Part shown: piece after piece, positions 10,001 through 18,511 of the stretch
Layout: each line of letters begins with the position of its first letter
Numbering within the stretch: position 1 is the first letter of the stretch
DNA from: Candidatus Poseidoniaceae archaeon
Lineage (GTDB): Archaea; Thermoplasmatota; Poseidoniia; Poseidoniales; Poseidoniaceae
NCBI GenBank assembly: GCA_943788295.1
Contig: CALSPS010000002.1
Location: 44,442-108,441, forward strand
DNA: 64,000 bases
Reading direction: 5' to 3'
Position numbers and translations under genes: made by a program
Notes under the pieces: generated by a model
What the model was told of the DNA's origin: nothing
The model's database searches: none
What the model saw: the letters and a program-made list of their open reading frames with translations, nothing else

Positions 10001-10759
10001 GATTTTGTAGGAATCACCGCAGCCGGTGTACTGGATGTTATCCGTCCCATCAGTCGGGGTTCCCTTTGCGGTGATTTGCCAACTGTTGTTTTCTCCACCA
10101 GCCGTGTCAAATTCACTTGGGTCGAAGTAATCAGATGTGCCTGTGACTCCGGTACCAGATTGGAACGGCATGTACCATTGGTCGCCCAGATGGACGGGGA
10201 AGTCATACTTCTCCTTTGGTGGGTCATAAAAAGTATCGAATGTGATTTCAGCAATGTCCTGCTCGAGGAAACCAAGATTGAACGGGCGGAATTTGACATC
10301 GAGGGTAAACTCGGAATTGATGACCGCGAGGTCGCGAACTCGAACGAGGTCTTCGCTGTCATACCCGATGTTCAAACGTCCTGAGACGCCTTCGAGGGTT
10401 GCACCGCTGTTGCCTGATGTAAACTCTCCACTGATTTCCAGTTTGTAAGCGAGGGTCTGAACGCCGTCAACTGTGGTGAACAAGATATCTGCCACGGTGT
10501 AGGTCGTTTCCCCAGTGAGGGTGTTGAGCGAGGCGGAAACGTTCGCTTGAGCGATGAGTTGCGCCACATCGAATTTGGTGTCGTAAACCCACTCGTCACC
10601 AACGCGCCAAGTTGGCACATCGATGTCCTTGTCCCACCCTTCTGCGTGGGATGCTTTGTGATCCTCATCAAGGAAATGAGATGAGGTGACATAAGCGCCA
10701 AAAGGAGACGCGAACATCAAAAAAATTAGTCCAAAAACAATCGGTCGAAGTTGACCCAT
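7055..10759 (-). CDS. Large surface protein (1234 aa) with a signal peptide, a WRVGDxW N-domain, a CARDB-like module, multiple PKD-like repeats, a C-terminal TM anchor and a Pro/Ala-rich cytoplasmic tail.
   Basis: ATG at 10759 gives MGQLRPIVFGLIFLMFASPFGA. PKD-type segments include VTDEELDTD, ATDDDGATTT, AYDDDGAQS, VTDDDGAQALASVNVSVLNLPP and VIDDDGESS. The TM is AIIGALGIIVVLLAGFLLLTRRK. It is a paralog of the upstream gene. Confidence 0.85.
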   Translation of the reverse strand: MGQLRPIVFGLIFLMFASPFGAYVTSSHFLDEDHKASHAEGWDKDIDVPTWRVGDEWVYDTKFDVAQLIAQANVSASLNTLTGETTYTVADILFTTVDGVQTLAYKLEISGEFTSGNSGATLEGVSGRLNIGYDSEDLVRVRDLAVINSEFTLDVKFRPFNLGFLEQDIAEITFDTFYDPPKEKYDFPVHLGDQWYMPFQSGTGVTGTSDYFDPSEFDTAGGENNSWQITAKGTPTDGTDNIQYTGCGDSYKINEVNETGVSQGYNWYCPAVRYNSWISVTNAAGFTIDWLLKEYNPTDSYGVSASSTPGTRNVEIDVDLQLLATLPDTEQTLTASYLTSPSATPQANKNLQVRYEINNDLASPTTDGSGEITYQLNVSSQVDTTPSSDDFTSNGVIVWDPATEIIGATTVVVDLSVVGVDLVAQADSIIVSRTRDGETSILSRVTGYGALPGDLIGFSIPAQNRGVLTSPATQMEVTTPDGTTIREDIPAIPSYSEARISVNWTVPANSAIGNQTLSFTVDPDEAVTEDANRSNNDAQINLFIGRAPTAMVDIGDNKLTFENITLNATASFDEDGGDVDCVFEIESRPGLIDVIEAPDCWTQWNWTDDGEWAVKLIVTDEELDTDIMMLNVTVLNRDPYLNLSLVPSIDVETSITIDATDSGDTDTISPSGQQVSISWPGMACEEGLTQPTCTFTPMAEGVMMVTAVATDDDGATTTIEAPLDVLNVAPTLANPELWYGGSNLTAIDGVWTLDEDQVALLRIGADDTLSDRDDINVEWTPSDREANWTETTRGPASTATVSWSASGLHNISVVAYDDDGAQSMIQTAKVNILNVPPTITGLGSDVPVFEDANVSFTAIVDDTASDLQTLVVCWDMDAAVDSNSDGNPVNDCDQTGIDITAAWTTRGVRQITATVTDDDGAQALASVNVSVLNLPPSATITNSTSVISLMEGENITLSGMTSRETEGDKLTLTYQWDSDHIDGDLDGVKTGDVDFTGPMYTIEDLPAGQWTVQLTVIDDDGESSTDTIQLTVTERPPDNWIESVSNTIGTVPTAIIGALGIIVVLLAGFLLLTRRKNNSEMDNFSNFASMPAGEPPAPAINATVTQPMDYAAPAPQQDIYAQAAYAPPAATQEQAFAPAQTYTPAPASKEDPFAALVDPTPAPAALAPAPVQTGPPLPATGLPEGWSMEQWSHYGAQYLSAQQGQPAAIQPVTTDTTPASQPSNISGLLDDLDL

Positions 10760-10779
10760 GACCCACCGAGGCGGTACTC

Positions 10780-13700
10780 CTACTTGAGTTCGGTGCCATT
10801 TTGGGAAAAAGTTACGTTTTGAGACCCTTGAGCGGCAAGATACTGATGGCCGTAGTGGCCCCATTGTTCCATCGTCCATCCGTCAGGGAGTCCTGCCTCT
10901 GGAATCGGTGGGCCTGCTTCTTTGCCTCCCATTTCAGGCACGGGTGCTGGAGGTGCCTCGAAAGAAGGATCGATTTGCTGTGTGGGTGGCACCACGCTCT
11001 CTTGGATGAAATGACTCATCGGTGGCGGAGTTGAGGGACGTCTTGCTTGTGCCTGTTCAATCATTGTAGGTGTGTCAAATGCATCGTCGAGCATGCCTTC
11101 TTCAGAACCAGCCCAAGGGGATTCAGAGGGCGCTTTTCGCCTTCGTGTCAGCAGGGCCAACAACAGCAGGATTCCGATGAGTAGACCAAATTGTGCGACC
11201 GAATTCGCTTCTTCACCGATCAGCCCGGCACTGATTTGTTCGATTGAGTTTCGCTCTGGCGGGGCGACATCGATCACCATTGTCGCTTGGCCCGGTCGTT
11301 CCGGATTTTCATCCCAAGCCATGGCCTTGACACGCACCATGCCAGAGGTGCGGAAGATGTGTTGGACGGTGGTTCCAACCAAATCAGCGTCGTTGTCCTT
11401 GATGCCGTCTCCGTTGCTGTCAACGGTGATGTCGAGGTCCCAGACAATGGTCAACGTGTCGATATCATTCGCTGAATCGATGGTTTGTTCAGCGCTCATC
11501 ACACAAGTTTGGTAAGCCATACAAGCAAGGTTTTGCAACCTCACGATTGGAGGCATGTTGAGCACTTCCACGGTGAGGACCTCGCTGGTTTGCGCACCAT
11601 CGTCATCTGTGACGTGGTAGATAATCGTATGAGTGCCACTGCGATTCCACACATAGGTCAATTCATCACCCTTGATGTCACAATCATCGTCTGCACCACC
11701 GAAATCATCGCTGTCGATACCAGGGTCGACATCCCAGCATTTCACAAGCGTTGCTCGATCGCTTGGCGTGTCGGTTGAGTTGCCAGTGATGGTGATGGAT
11801 TGGCCTTCTGCGATTGGAAGAATGGAGACCAGGGGTTCAATCACAGGCGGTACGTTGCGCACATTGACCCAGCGTTCATTCACTGCGCTTGAGACGCCGT
11901 CGCTATCGGTCACTTCCAAACGGACGGTGTGCAACCCAGAGGTGGACCACATCATTGGGAAGTTGGACACTCGGCCCGAGTAAGTGTACATGAGCGATGG
12001 TTCTTGACCGTCTGGCCACCATGTGTGCGTCAAGGATTCAAGATCGTCGATCGAATCGAGCGCTTGGCCACGCACATTGACGATTTCATCCTCATCCAGC
12101 TGCCATATTTGCTGTTCATCGCTTTCCAAAAAGGCGTCATCAATCAGCAAAGCAATGGTTGTACCGTGGGGTGCGATGTTGGTGAATTGAATGTCGATGG
12201 TGGCGGTGGTTGTCGATGAATCGTCATCGGTCCCAACAGCAGTAAAGGTATGAATTCCTTCTGTCGGAGCGGTCGTGGTGCATACCCTGGTGTAGTAGCC
12301 TTCTTGGCACAAAGCGTCGGGCCAAAACACATCGACCACGCCGGGCCAAATGTCCTCAGAATCCGAATCGTTAGCGTAAGCATAGAGCGTGATTGGATGT
12401 TCGACCTTCGCCTCACTTCGTGCGCTCTTGATCTCAATTTTTGGCGCCCTGTTACCGATCGATGCCAGCAGAGTGGCCGTTGTTTCATCACGTTCTTCAT
12501 CGAGAACCGTAACCTGTACAGGGTAGTCGCCATCATCCATCCAAGTCCAATTGACACTGCAGTCGTCGGAAGGAAGAGTGATGTAATCCCATGTGCGTGT
12601 ACCATCATCAAACGGAATTTCAAATTCACAGGTGATGTTTCCACCGTCTTCATCAAAACTGTTGGCAGCACTCAGGGTCACTTCTTCCAGTGTGAGTGCT
12701 GTTGCGTTTTCAACCACCGGCGTTGGAAGCCTGCCTACGAACATGGCTAACTGTGCGATGTCGTTGCCCTCATTGACATCAGCAGCGTTGACATCGTTGG
12801 GGTCAGCGTTCCAAGTGATTGGTAGCACACCAATCGATTGATCTTCTGGCACAGTCCAACTGAAATTCACTTTGTGTGCGGAGTAACTCGCCAATGGCGG
12901 TAGCGTGTAAGCGGTAGTTTGCCCGTCAGGTCCGGTCACATCGAGTGTGGAGGTTGCTGAAGTGGTGATGCCTCTGTTTTGCACCCCCACTTCGACCATT
13001 AATTCATCACCAGGAAGGACATTCCAGCCCGAAAGTGAGTTCAATTCAGTCAGCGTTCCACTTCGGTTGCGGAGCACCTTGGCAAGGTCTTCGCTGGCGA
13101 TTAAATCCAATCCGACAATGAATTCATCGAGGGTCACAGTGGTGACGCCAACCGTTGTTGTTGGGGATTGACTCGAAGGATTGATTCGGGCGACAATGCC
13201 ATGGCTCGCCCAATCAAGTAAGGTGGCGGATGAATCCTTTGCATCGCCCACTTGGAGCGTAAAGTAGGCCGTACCGTTGCTTGCTGTTGAGGCGTATTGG
13301 AGTGAACCGGTGGTTTCGTGACGCAATTCAATTCCGATGTTGTCTATGTTGGAGAAACATGAGGTGGAGGCATTTACCCACACACCCATTGGCGAGTTTA
13401 GAGCGGTAATTGGATTTTCGAGGTCCACATTGAGGCACACGTCTCGTGTTCCAGGATTGCTGTATTCATCAACTCCACTCGCCCCAATCGGAATGTAGCG
13501 TTTGAGCCTGAAGTCAATGGTAAGGCCAATGTCATCCTCTGTGTGGAGCCACGCATAATTCGAAACTTCGGGGCAATACCACCTGTAGCCATTTGAGACA
13601 CCATCGCTGTTGACTGATTGAAGCTCATACGAAGCATTGCATCCACCATAGCCAATCGTTTGGCCGTAGGCGTTGCTTGGTTTTCCGACGCTTGCCACTT

Positions 13701-14382
13701 CCCAAGTGGTGCTGTTGGTGTCGCTTACTGGGGGTGGGAACGGTGTGATGTAATCGCTTGATCCCGACCACTGTGCAAATGAGGTGGTTGTGGTTGTCCA
13801 CTGTTCATCAAGACGCAATGGGAAGTCGTAAGTTTCCGAGACTGGACTGTAACTTGTTGTGATCGTAATGTCGCCAAGGATTTGAGTCAGGCTTGAGATT
13901 CCATACGGAACGAAGCGAATGTACATGTCAAGTTCGCTTCGAAGGCTGGCTAAATCGCTGACACGGAGGTATTCTGTTTGGCTGTATGTGATGTAGACGT
14001 TGCCATCATAGCCTTCTAGCGAAACTCCGGACTTGTCGAAATTGGCAGATGAGCGAAGGGTATAGGCCAGCACCGACATGTTGTCGACGGACTGTTCAGT
14101 GATGCCGAGCACCTCCATCGTGGTGTCGCCATTAATTTCTCCGACCGTGGCTTGAACGCCAGTGTTGGTCACGAGCAATGTTGGATCAAAGATGCCCGAG
14201 TAAATCCATTTGTCTCCAACTCGCCATGTGGGTACATCGCTCACACCAGGGTCTTGGCTGCTTGACAACATGGGCGTCGTCGGGCTTTCAAGACTGCTTT
14301 GGAGCAGCGGAGTTTGCACGCTTGCGAACAACAAGAAGACCAGCAAAAATGCCGGAATGGCTCGCGTCACGCTCGGGCGCAT
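10780..14382 (-). CDS. Large surface protein (about 1200 aa), tandem paralog of 7055..10759 with the same architecture.
   Basis: ATG at 14382 gives MRPSVTRAIPAFLLVFLLFASVQ; the track start at 14400 is TTG. It shares DVPTWRVGDKWIY, CGGCNASYE.., YRWYCPEV, a CARDB-like VEVGVQNRGITTSATS, and PKD-like VLDEERDETT, GTDDDSSTTT, VTDSDGVSS, VTDDDGAQT. The TM is LLIGILLLLALLTRRRK. Confidence 0.85.
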   Translation of the reverse strand: MRPSVTRAIPAFLLVFLLFASVQTPLLQSSLESPTTPMLSSSQDPGVSDVPTWRVGDKWIYSGIFDPTLLVTNTGVQATVGEINGDTTMEVLGITEQSVDNMSVLAYTLRSSANFDKSGVSLEGYDGNVYITYSQTEYLRVSDLASLRSELDMYIRFVPYGISSLTQILGDITITTSYSPVSETYDFPLRLDEQWTTTTTSFAQWSGSSDYITPFPPPVSDTNSTTWEVASVGKPSNAYGQTIGYGGCNASYELQSVNSDGVSNGYRWYCPEVSNYAWLHTEDDIGLTIDFRLKRYIPIGASGVDEYSNPGTRDVCLNVDLENPITALNSPMGVWVNASTSCFSNIDNIGIELRHETTGSLQYASTASNGTAYFTLQVGDAKDSSATLLDWASHGIVARINPSSQSPTTTVGVTTVTLDEFIVGLDLIASEDLAKVLRNRSGTLTELNSLSGWNVLPGDELMVEVGVQNRGITTSATSTLDVTGPDGQTTAYTLPPLASYSAHKVNFSWTVPEDQSIGVLPITWNADPNDVNAADVNEGNDIAQLAMFVGRLPTPVVENATALTLEEVTLSAANSFDEDGGNITCEFEIPFDDGTRTWDYITLPSDDCSVNWTWMDDGDYPVQVTVLDEERDETTATLLASIGNRAPKIEIKSARSEAKVEHPITLYAYANDSDSEDIWPGVVDVFWPDALCQEGYYTRVCTTTAPTEGIHTFTAVGTDDDSSTTTATIDIQFTNIAPHGTTIALLIDDAFLESDEQQIWQLDEDEIVNVRGQALDSIDDLESLTHTWWPDGQEPSLMYTYSGRVSNFPMMWSTSGLHTVRLEVTDSDGVSSAVNERWVNVRNVPPVIEPLVSILPIAEGQSITITGNSTDTPSDRATLVKCWDVDPGIDSDDFGGADDDCDIKGDELTYVWNRSGTHTIIYHVTDDDGAQTSEVLTVEVLNMPPIVRLQNLACMAYQTCVMSAEQTIDSANDIDTLTIVWDLDITVDSNGDGIKDNDADLVGTTVQHIFRTSGMVRVKAMAWDENPERPGQATMVIDVAPPERNSIEQISAGLIGEEANSVAQFGLLIGILLLLALLTRRRKAPSESPWAGSEEGMLDDAFDTPTMIEQAQARRPSTPPPMSHFIQESVVPPTQQIDPSFEAPPAPVPEMGGKEAGPPIPEAGLPDGWTMEQWGHYGHQYLAAQGSQNVTFSQNGTELK

Positions 14383-14445
14383 GCTACGCCACACGCTCAA
14401 TAGAACATCAACACTTCTCCTGTTGGAGAATGACTCTGTTTAGAA

Positions 14446-15066
14446 TCAATATTCCAGCAAGTCTGCCAGTTCGTCCTTGATGATTTCAACAGCCTCGAGG
14501 ATTTCGTCCTTGTGTCGAGCACCGGTGATCACCATCTTGCCGCTGCCGAAAATCAAGCAGACGACCTTAGGATAGTCAAGGCGGTAGATGAGGCCAGGGA
14601 ATTGCTCTGGCTCATATTCAACCTTGTCGAATGGTAGGTGGAAGGTCAAGTTGTTCAAGTTCAGTTTGCGAGGCACACCGGCTTGTGGTTCTCCGGTGAA
14701 CTTGTCGTTTCCAGGGTAGTCTTCAGGGTAGTGAAGGGCGTAGGTTGCGACCATGTTTTGGACTTCAATTTCGACTTGGTCGAGGTTCCAAGTTTCGATG
14801 CCAGCAGCCCGTAGGTCGTTGATCATGCGTTCGATACCTGTGTGAATGTTGTCTTCGTTCTTTCCACCGGTGCACACTGCACGGCCTGAACGGAACATGA
14901 GAATAGCGAGCTTTGGCTCGGTCACTCGGTACACGACACCAGGAAATTGTTCTGGCTCGTATTCGCAATTCAATTGAATTGCAATATCTGGTAGGTCTAG
15001 TTCCTCAGCAACTCGAGTGCTGGCAACCACGTTCACGACGGTTAGACGTTCTTCATCAGTAGTCAT
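14446..15066 (-). CDS. tbp: TATA-box binding protein.
   Basis: Two TBP repeats are present: VNVVASTRV...EYEPEQFPGVVYRV..P..A.L.F.SGR.V.TG and VQNMVATYAL...EYEPEQFPGLIYRL..P....LIF.SGK.V.TG. ATG 15066 is preferred over the TTG at 15084 because the TATA box lies at 15089-15096. Confidence 0.92.
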   Translation of the reverse strand: MTTDEERLTVVNVVASTRVAEELDLPDIAIQLNCEYEPEQFPGVVYRVTEPKLAILMFRSGRAVCTGGKNEDNIHTGIERMINDLRAAGIETWNLDQVEIEVQNMVATYALHYPEDYPGNDKFTGEPQAGVPRKLNLNNLTFHLPFDKVEYEPEQFPGLIYRLDYPKVVCLIFGSGKMVITGARHKDEILEAVEIIKDELADLLEY

Positions 15067-15088
15067 ATTCAAAGCGAATGTCAACCAG

Positions 15089-15096
15089 TATATAAA
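15089..15096 (-). promoter_or_regulatory. Archaeal TATA box (TTTATATA on the minus strand) for tbp. Its spacing implies a leaderless or near-leaderless mRNA.
   Basis: The minus strand reads CCTTTTCTTTATATACTGGTTGACATTCGCTTTGAATATG. The 3' edge of the box is 23 nt from the A of ATG (15066). Confidence 0.55.
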
Positions 15097-15138
15097 GAAA
15101 AGGCAGGGTCCATAACATCGTTTTTCACAATAAACGCA

Positions 15139-16308
15139 TTAAGATGAACTGCTTTGAGGTGACCAAAAAGGCTCGCAGTCAGGCGTTTCAAGGCGCAATC
15201 CATGGTTGCCAAATTTTGAGACGAGAGCCTTCCCGCCAGCATTCTTGATTGCTTCGCTTGTCATCTCGGGATTGCGGGTGAGGGCAACCATACAACCGCC
15301 GCCTCCAGCCCCCGTGAGTTTTGCACCAAGCGAAGAGGGGGCTGCGGCCCGAACAAGGTCGTCCAACTCATGACAGGAGACGCCCAATCCTCTGAGCATC
15401 ACTTGATTCTCTGTCATGGCCCTTCCAACCGCTTCATAATCACCGTTTTTCAGAGCTTCAATGCCCCGGCGAGCAATCAATCCGATGGTTTCGATTTCCT
15501 TCATTCGCTCAGGCTCATCCTGAATTGCTTTGGCCACCTTGGCAACCTGATCGGCTGTTGGGGCATGCACGCCAGTGTTCCCAATGACGAGATAGACTTC
15601 TTCTCCTCCTTTCGGAACGCCAAGGTCGTGCAGTTCCCAAGTGCGCATTCCATCGCTCATCTCCAATTGACGCTGGTACAGATAATCGTTATCCGACTCG
15701 ATTTGATCGCTGAGTAAAATAACGCCCCCATGAGCGCAAGTTGAGGCGTCCATGGGCGATGCTCGACCACCTTGAGCAGCTGCTTCAACTGCATGACCAA
15801 TCATCGAACATTCGTCAAGATCTAACGCTTCATTGCCCAAAAGTTGACGTTCTTTTTTGGCGTAGATGCCAGCGCGGATTCCTGAGTTTTCGCCTGTGTA
15901 GGCATCGGTGTCTTCGATTTCGCTCGAATAACCTTCAGCCCAAACACGACCCTGTTCTGATTCGATGACCCAACGGCCTCGAGCTGCTCGCAATGCTGCT
16001 GAAGCGGCCACACTCAACGCTGCAGACGAGCCAAGCCCCGATGCACGGGGGATGTCTCCATGGATTTCAATTGAAAGTGCAGGAGCGCCGTCTTTCCTTG
16101 GCCACAACAGCCTACGCAACATGTTGAGGTGAGGGTGCTTTCTTGGATTCAACTTCGTGCCTTCAAGCGTCCAGTCTTCGCCTTCAATAGGCTGGATGCT
16201 GACATGGATTCGCTGCTCAATAGCCACTGCGACAGCAGGCTGACCAAAGACAACAGCATGCTCTCCAAACAGGATGCATTTTCCCGGAGCGCTCGCTTCG
16301 ATGTTCAT
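15139..16308 (-). CDS. mvk: Mevalonate kinase (GHMP kinase family), longer than typical archaeal MVKs.
   Basis: APGKCILFGEHAVVFGQPAVAVAI (MVK N-motif), GHMP motif IPRASGLGSSAALSVA and C-terminal KLTGAGGGGCMVAL. At 389 aa it has an apparent 50-70 aa insertion (VIESEQ...LDLDEC) after the GHMP motif. Confidence 0.85.
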   Translation of the reverse strand: MNIEASAPGKCILFGEHAVVFGQPAVAVAIEQRIHVSIQPIEGEDWTLEGTKLNPRKHPHLNMLRRLLWPRKDGAPALSIEIHGDIPRASGLGSSAALSVAASAALRAARGRWVIESEQGRVWAEGYSSEIEDTDAYTGENSGIRAGIYAKKERQLLGNEALDLDECSMIGHAVEAAAQGGRASPMDASTCAHGGVILLSDQIESDNDYLYQRQLEMSDGMRTWELHDLGVPKGGEEVYLVIGNTGVHAPTADQVAKVAKAIQDEPERMKEIETIGLIARRGIEALKNGDYEAVGRAMTENQVMLRGLGVSCHELDDLVRAAAPSSLGAKLTGAGGGGCMVALTRNPEMTSEAIKNAGGKALVSKFGNHGLRLETPDCEPFWSPQSSSS

Positions 16309-16457
16309 TTCACAAGCCCCCTCACCAAGACCATGTGCCCGCGCTTCATATCCCTTGTTGAAACCACAGCGAGATTGATGGTATTTTTACGGTGCATTCA
16401 AGGATTGGTTTTCTCTGGAGGTGCTTAGGGGAACCTTTGCCCCCACGGTGATGCTAG

Positions 16458-18494
16458 ATGGAACATCCTCTCTTAATGTCATACGGCCCCCTACCCGGAT
16501 GGCTGCTTTTGCTCGTTCTTGGAACGATTTCGATCGGTTTTTTCCTCTATCAAGTCATCAAAGCAACTCGCTTGGTGATGGTTGGGGCACCCGACGACCG
16601 TTTCGACAACTGGGGCGCTCGAATCAAAGAGGTCATCACTGGATGGCTCGGGCAGAAGCGGGTTCTGGAAGACAAAATTGCAGGCGGCATTCACGTGCTC
16701 ATGTTTTGGGGGTTCCTTATGCTCTCAACCGACATGTTTGATTTGGCAACTGCAAACTGGTTTTCTCACAACCTCCTTCCTGATTTGGTCCGAGGCCCTT
16801 GGAACTTAATCGTCGAAACAGGGTACACAATCGCACTGATTGGATGCGTTGCAGCATTGCTGCGCCGGGTCGTTTTTACCCCTGAGAAACTCAAAGGAAA
16901 GTCTCAGTTAGAAGGCAACTTCATTCTCTTGCTCATCATGACCATCACCCTCACCTCCTTCGTGGTCGAGGCAGGCGAAACCGGCGTGTCTTCGACCTGG
17001 GAGCCAATCGGTGCATGGGTCGCGAGTGCCTTGGAACCCAGCACCCTCCTTGTTGTTGCTTCCTATTGGATGCACATGCTTGCCATTTCGACCTTCCTTT
17101 TCCTCATACCTCTCTCAAAGCACATGCACCTTGTCATGGCCTTCCCGAATGTGTTCTTCCATGACATGCGGCCCATGGCAACCATGGAGCCATTGGCTCG
17201 TGGCGAAGATGGTAAGGCAATCCTGCTCGATGATTTGGACATCGAGTCGTTTGGAACGGTCAATTACACTGATTTGACTTGGCGCAATCTCATCGACGGA
17301 TGGGCGTGCACGTCGTGCGCTCGGTGCCAAGATGTCTGCCCGGCATACGCAAGCGGCAAAGCCCTCAACCCAATGCAAATCATCCACGATGTACGTCATT
17401 ATGCCAATGAGAATTCCACTGCGCTCATGGCAGGAGAAACTCCAGAGCAGGACATCATCGCCCGATTTGGAGAAGACGCAATTTGGGCGTGCACCACCTG
17501 CCATGCTTGCGTAGAGGCTTGTCCAATCTACATCGATCACGTCCCCAAGCTCACCGATGCTCGACGCCACTTGATGATGGAACGAATGGAATTCGACGAA
17601 AGCGTCGAAGACACCATCATGCCTTTGATGGCCACCATTGAGAACCTTGAATCCGATTCAAATCCTTACGGACTCCCCGCACATGAACGTGGCGATTGGG
17701 CAGAAGGTCTGGATGTGAAGGTTGCAGAGCCTGCAGAATACATCTACTTCGCTGGATGCGCAGCATCGTTTGATGAGCGAAATAAGAAGGTTGCACGCGA
17801 CACCATCAGCGTCATGAAAGAAGCCGGCCTTGATGTTGGTATTCTTGGTATGCAAGAGGGTTGCAGCGGTGACTCAGCACGACGGGCTGGAAACGAATAC
17901 TTGTTCCAAATGCTCGCAGAAACGAACCTTGCCACGTTCGAAGAAATCGGCGTGAAGAAGATTGTTGCCTCATGCCCACACTGCTTCCACACCCTTGGAA
18001 AGGAATACAAGGATTACGGCGGAGAGGACATCGAAGTGATGCACCACTCACAACTCATCAACCACCTTCAGCAAGAAGGAAAACTCCCTGATCCAAAGCA
18101 CGACCCGTCTGTCACCTTCCACGATCCGTGTTACTTGGGTCGAATTGGTGGCGAACTGGATGCTCCCCGAAACGCCATCGGTGGCGTGGATGTCGAGATT
18201 GAGCGCCACGGAAAACAATCCTTCTGCTGTGGAGCAGGAGGTGCCCAAATGTGGATGGAAGAAGATGCAGATCAGCGCGTGAACGTCATCCGAGCAAAAG
18301 AAATTGCAGAAACTGGCGCAGAAACCGTTGCGGTTGGCTGTCCGTTCTGTTCCACAATGGTCAGCGATGGACTCACGGCAATCGATTCGGAAATGGAAGT
18401 CAAGGACATTGCAGAGATTGTTTGGGAGCAAATCAAGGCCAACGACGCTGCGATTGAGGCAAAGAAAGCAGCAACTGCAGAAGCTGAAGCCTGA
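16458..18494 (+). CDS. Membrane-bound Fe-S oxidoreductase: an N-terminal polytopic (NarI/HdrE-like) domain fused to an HdrD/GlpC-like 2x[4Fe-4S] plus two CCG domains.
   Basis: About 5-6 hydrophobic helices lie in the first 250 aa. Motifs are CTSCARCQDVCP and CTTCHACVEACP, plus CCG-type ASCPHCFHTL / DPCYLGR and CCGAGG / VGCPFCSTM. Confidence 0.8.
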   Translation: MEHPLLMSYGPLPGWLLLLVLGTISIGFFLYQVIKATRLVMVGAPDDRFDNWGARIKEVITGWLGQKRVLEDKIAGGIHVLMFWGFLMLSTDMFDLATANWFSHNLLPDLVRGPWNLIVETGYTIALIGCVAALLRRVVFTPEKLKGKSQLEGNFILLLIMTITLTSFVVEAGETGVSSTWEPIGAWVASALEPSTLLVVASYWMHMLAISTFLFLIPLSKHMHLVMAFPNVFFHDMRPMATMEPLARGEDGKAILLDDLDIESFGTVNYTDLTWRNLIDGWACTSCARCQDVCPAYASGKALNPMQIIHDVRHYANENSTALMAGETPEQDIIARFGEDAIWACTTCHACVEACPIYIDHVPKLTDARRHLMMERMEFDESVEDTIMPLMATIENLESDSNPYGLPAHERGDWAEGLDVKVAEPAEYIYFAGCAASFDERNKKVARDTISVMKEAGLDVGILGMQEGCSGDSARRAGNEYLFQMLAETNLATFEEIGVKKIVASCPHCFHTLGKEYKDYGGEDIEVMHHSQLINHLQQEGKLPDPKHDPSVTFHDPCYLGRIGGELDAPRNAIGGVDVEIERHGKQSFCCGAGGAQMWMEEDADQRVNVIRAKEIAETGAETVAVGCPFCSTMVSDGLTAIDSEMEVKDIAEIVWEQIKANDAAIEAKKAATAEAEA

Positions 18495-18511
18495 CGACCG
18501 GAGGTGGCTCG

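Noticed and set aside
10760-10879. Apparent 100-nt overlap between the two giant paralog genes (ORF-track start at 10879).
   Set aside because: The extension encodes no signal peptide. ATG 10759 yields a standard signal (MGQLRPIVFGLIFLMFA) and leaves a 20-nt spacer. The overlap is an artefact of taking the longest ORF.
15067-15084. TTG start for tbp given in the ORF track.
   Set aside because: It lies only 5 nt downstream of the TTTATATA box (15089-15096), so it would not be transcribed from that promoter. ATG 15066 is at the expected leaderless distance.
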